NCBI GenBank assembly: GCA_951406725.2
Contig: OX597832.1
Span: 51,088,001-51,152,000 of the forward strand
Direction of reading: 5' to 3'
Source: Octopus vulgaris
Taxonomy: Eukaryota
Length of the DNA: 64,000 nucleotides
Of this stretch, positions 63,197 through 64,000 are shown piece by piece. The translations under genes and the position numbers were made by a program. Below the pieces are notes generated by a model. It made no database searches. It worked only from the letters and a program-made list of their open reading frames with translations, and had not been told where the DNA came from. Within the stretch, counting starts at the first letter, position 1. Each line of letters opens with the position of its first letter.

Positions 63197-63932
63197 GCAA
63201 AAAATAATAATAGGCCATGCTGGCACCTGTGTTACAAGCTTACTATATCAAATGACCCAACACAATGGTCAGGAGATCATATGTGTGTGTATTAATATTG
63301 CTTTTCTTACAAAAAGATTTAACTCACAAGAAGAGCATATTCTGATATATTTCACCTTAATGTATACATTTTAGCCAGCTAAAAACAAATTTACAAAACA
63401 TGATTCTAATAAATCTGACACTGATAATGTGACAGCAGATCAATTTATTGGGAAAACCAATTACACCAAGGAAATAAAATCATTGCTGCTACTCAACATC
63501 ATACTTAAAAAAAGTTGATGGAACTAGTGGAGATAAATGATCTATTTGAACAACAAACATGACTCACAGAAGATAGCTTATATCTATTAACTAACACGAA
63601 GATATCTATTTAATCAGGTAATCTCGAATCAATGATTATAAAAAAAGCTCTATTATAGATTATTGTTTCAGTGTCATCTCATTTCTGATTCTGAGTCTGA
63701 CAAAAGGGAAAATCTGCTGCTCTCTTTATCTTATACTTATTTCAGTCATTGGACTGCGACCATGCTGGAGCCCCCAGCTTGAAGGGTTTTAATTGAACAA
63801 ATCAACCTAAGAAGTTATTTTAACGTTTAGTACTTATTCCATTGGTCTCTCTTGCTGAACTGCTGAGTTACAGAGATGTAGACAAACCAACACTAATTGT
63901 CAAGCGGTGCACAAAAATACTACATATATATA

Positions 63933-64000
63933 CAGGGGTTGGACAAAATAATGGAAACACCTAGCATCATAATTTTGAAATATCTATAAAACCGTCAAAA
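63933..64000. mobile_element. Left end of a Tc1-like element, cut by the window edge
   Basis: ta|caggggttggacaaaataatggaaacacct, a Tc1-type TIR start. Only one end is visible. Confidence 0.6.

Noticed and set aside
62128-63374. ORFs of 113-145 aa
   Set aside because: Chance open frames in family C SINEs and their microsatellites.

Overview
AT-rich, repeat-dense eukaryotic genomic DNA, most likely from an octopus (inferred from the SINE families and microsatellites; no database search was run). Most of the window is one minus-strand spliced gene. I read it as ZC3H13 (Drosophila Flacc/Xio), the adaptor of the m6A writer complex. Thirteen exons from 50562 down to the window edge join in consistent phase (about 3.85 kb of CDS): a CCCH zinc finger, an 'EELTLVRKRQELQR' coiled coil, a long R/D/E/S low-complexity region and an 'FSDWSDDE' motif. 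The 3' end, and probably the first exon, lie outside the window. The introns hold at least four SINE families, a degenerate near-full-length CR1/L2-group LINE, a decayed mariner, a Helitron helicase relic, a non-autonomous Helitron, several MITE types and several fold-back inverted duplications. The most interesting unexplained signals are: (1) a sense-strand hairpin with G-U wobbles that has a 3' splice site at its apex and an in-frame stop exon in its 3' arm (21093-21226); (2) tandem acceptors, one of which creates a TGA at the exon junction (203/209); (3) a second candidate stop exon (24790); (4) a Helitron with a palindromic 3' end whose loop is flipped relative to the autonomous relic. 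Most short ORFs in the supplied track are repeat-derived noise.
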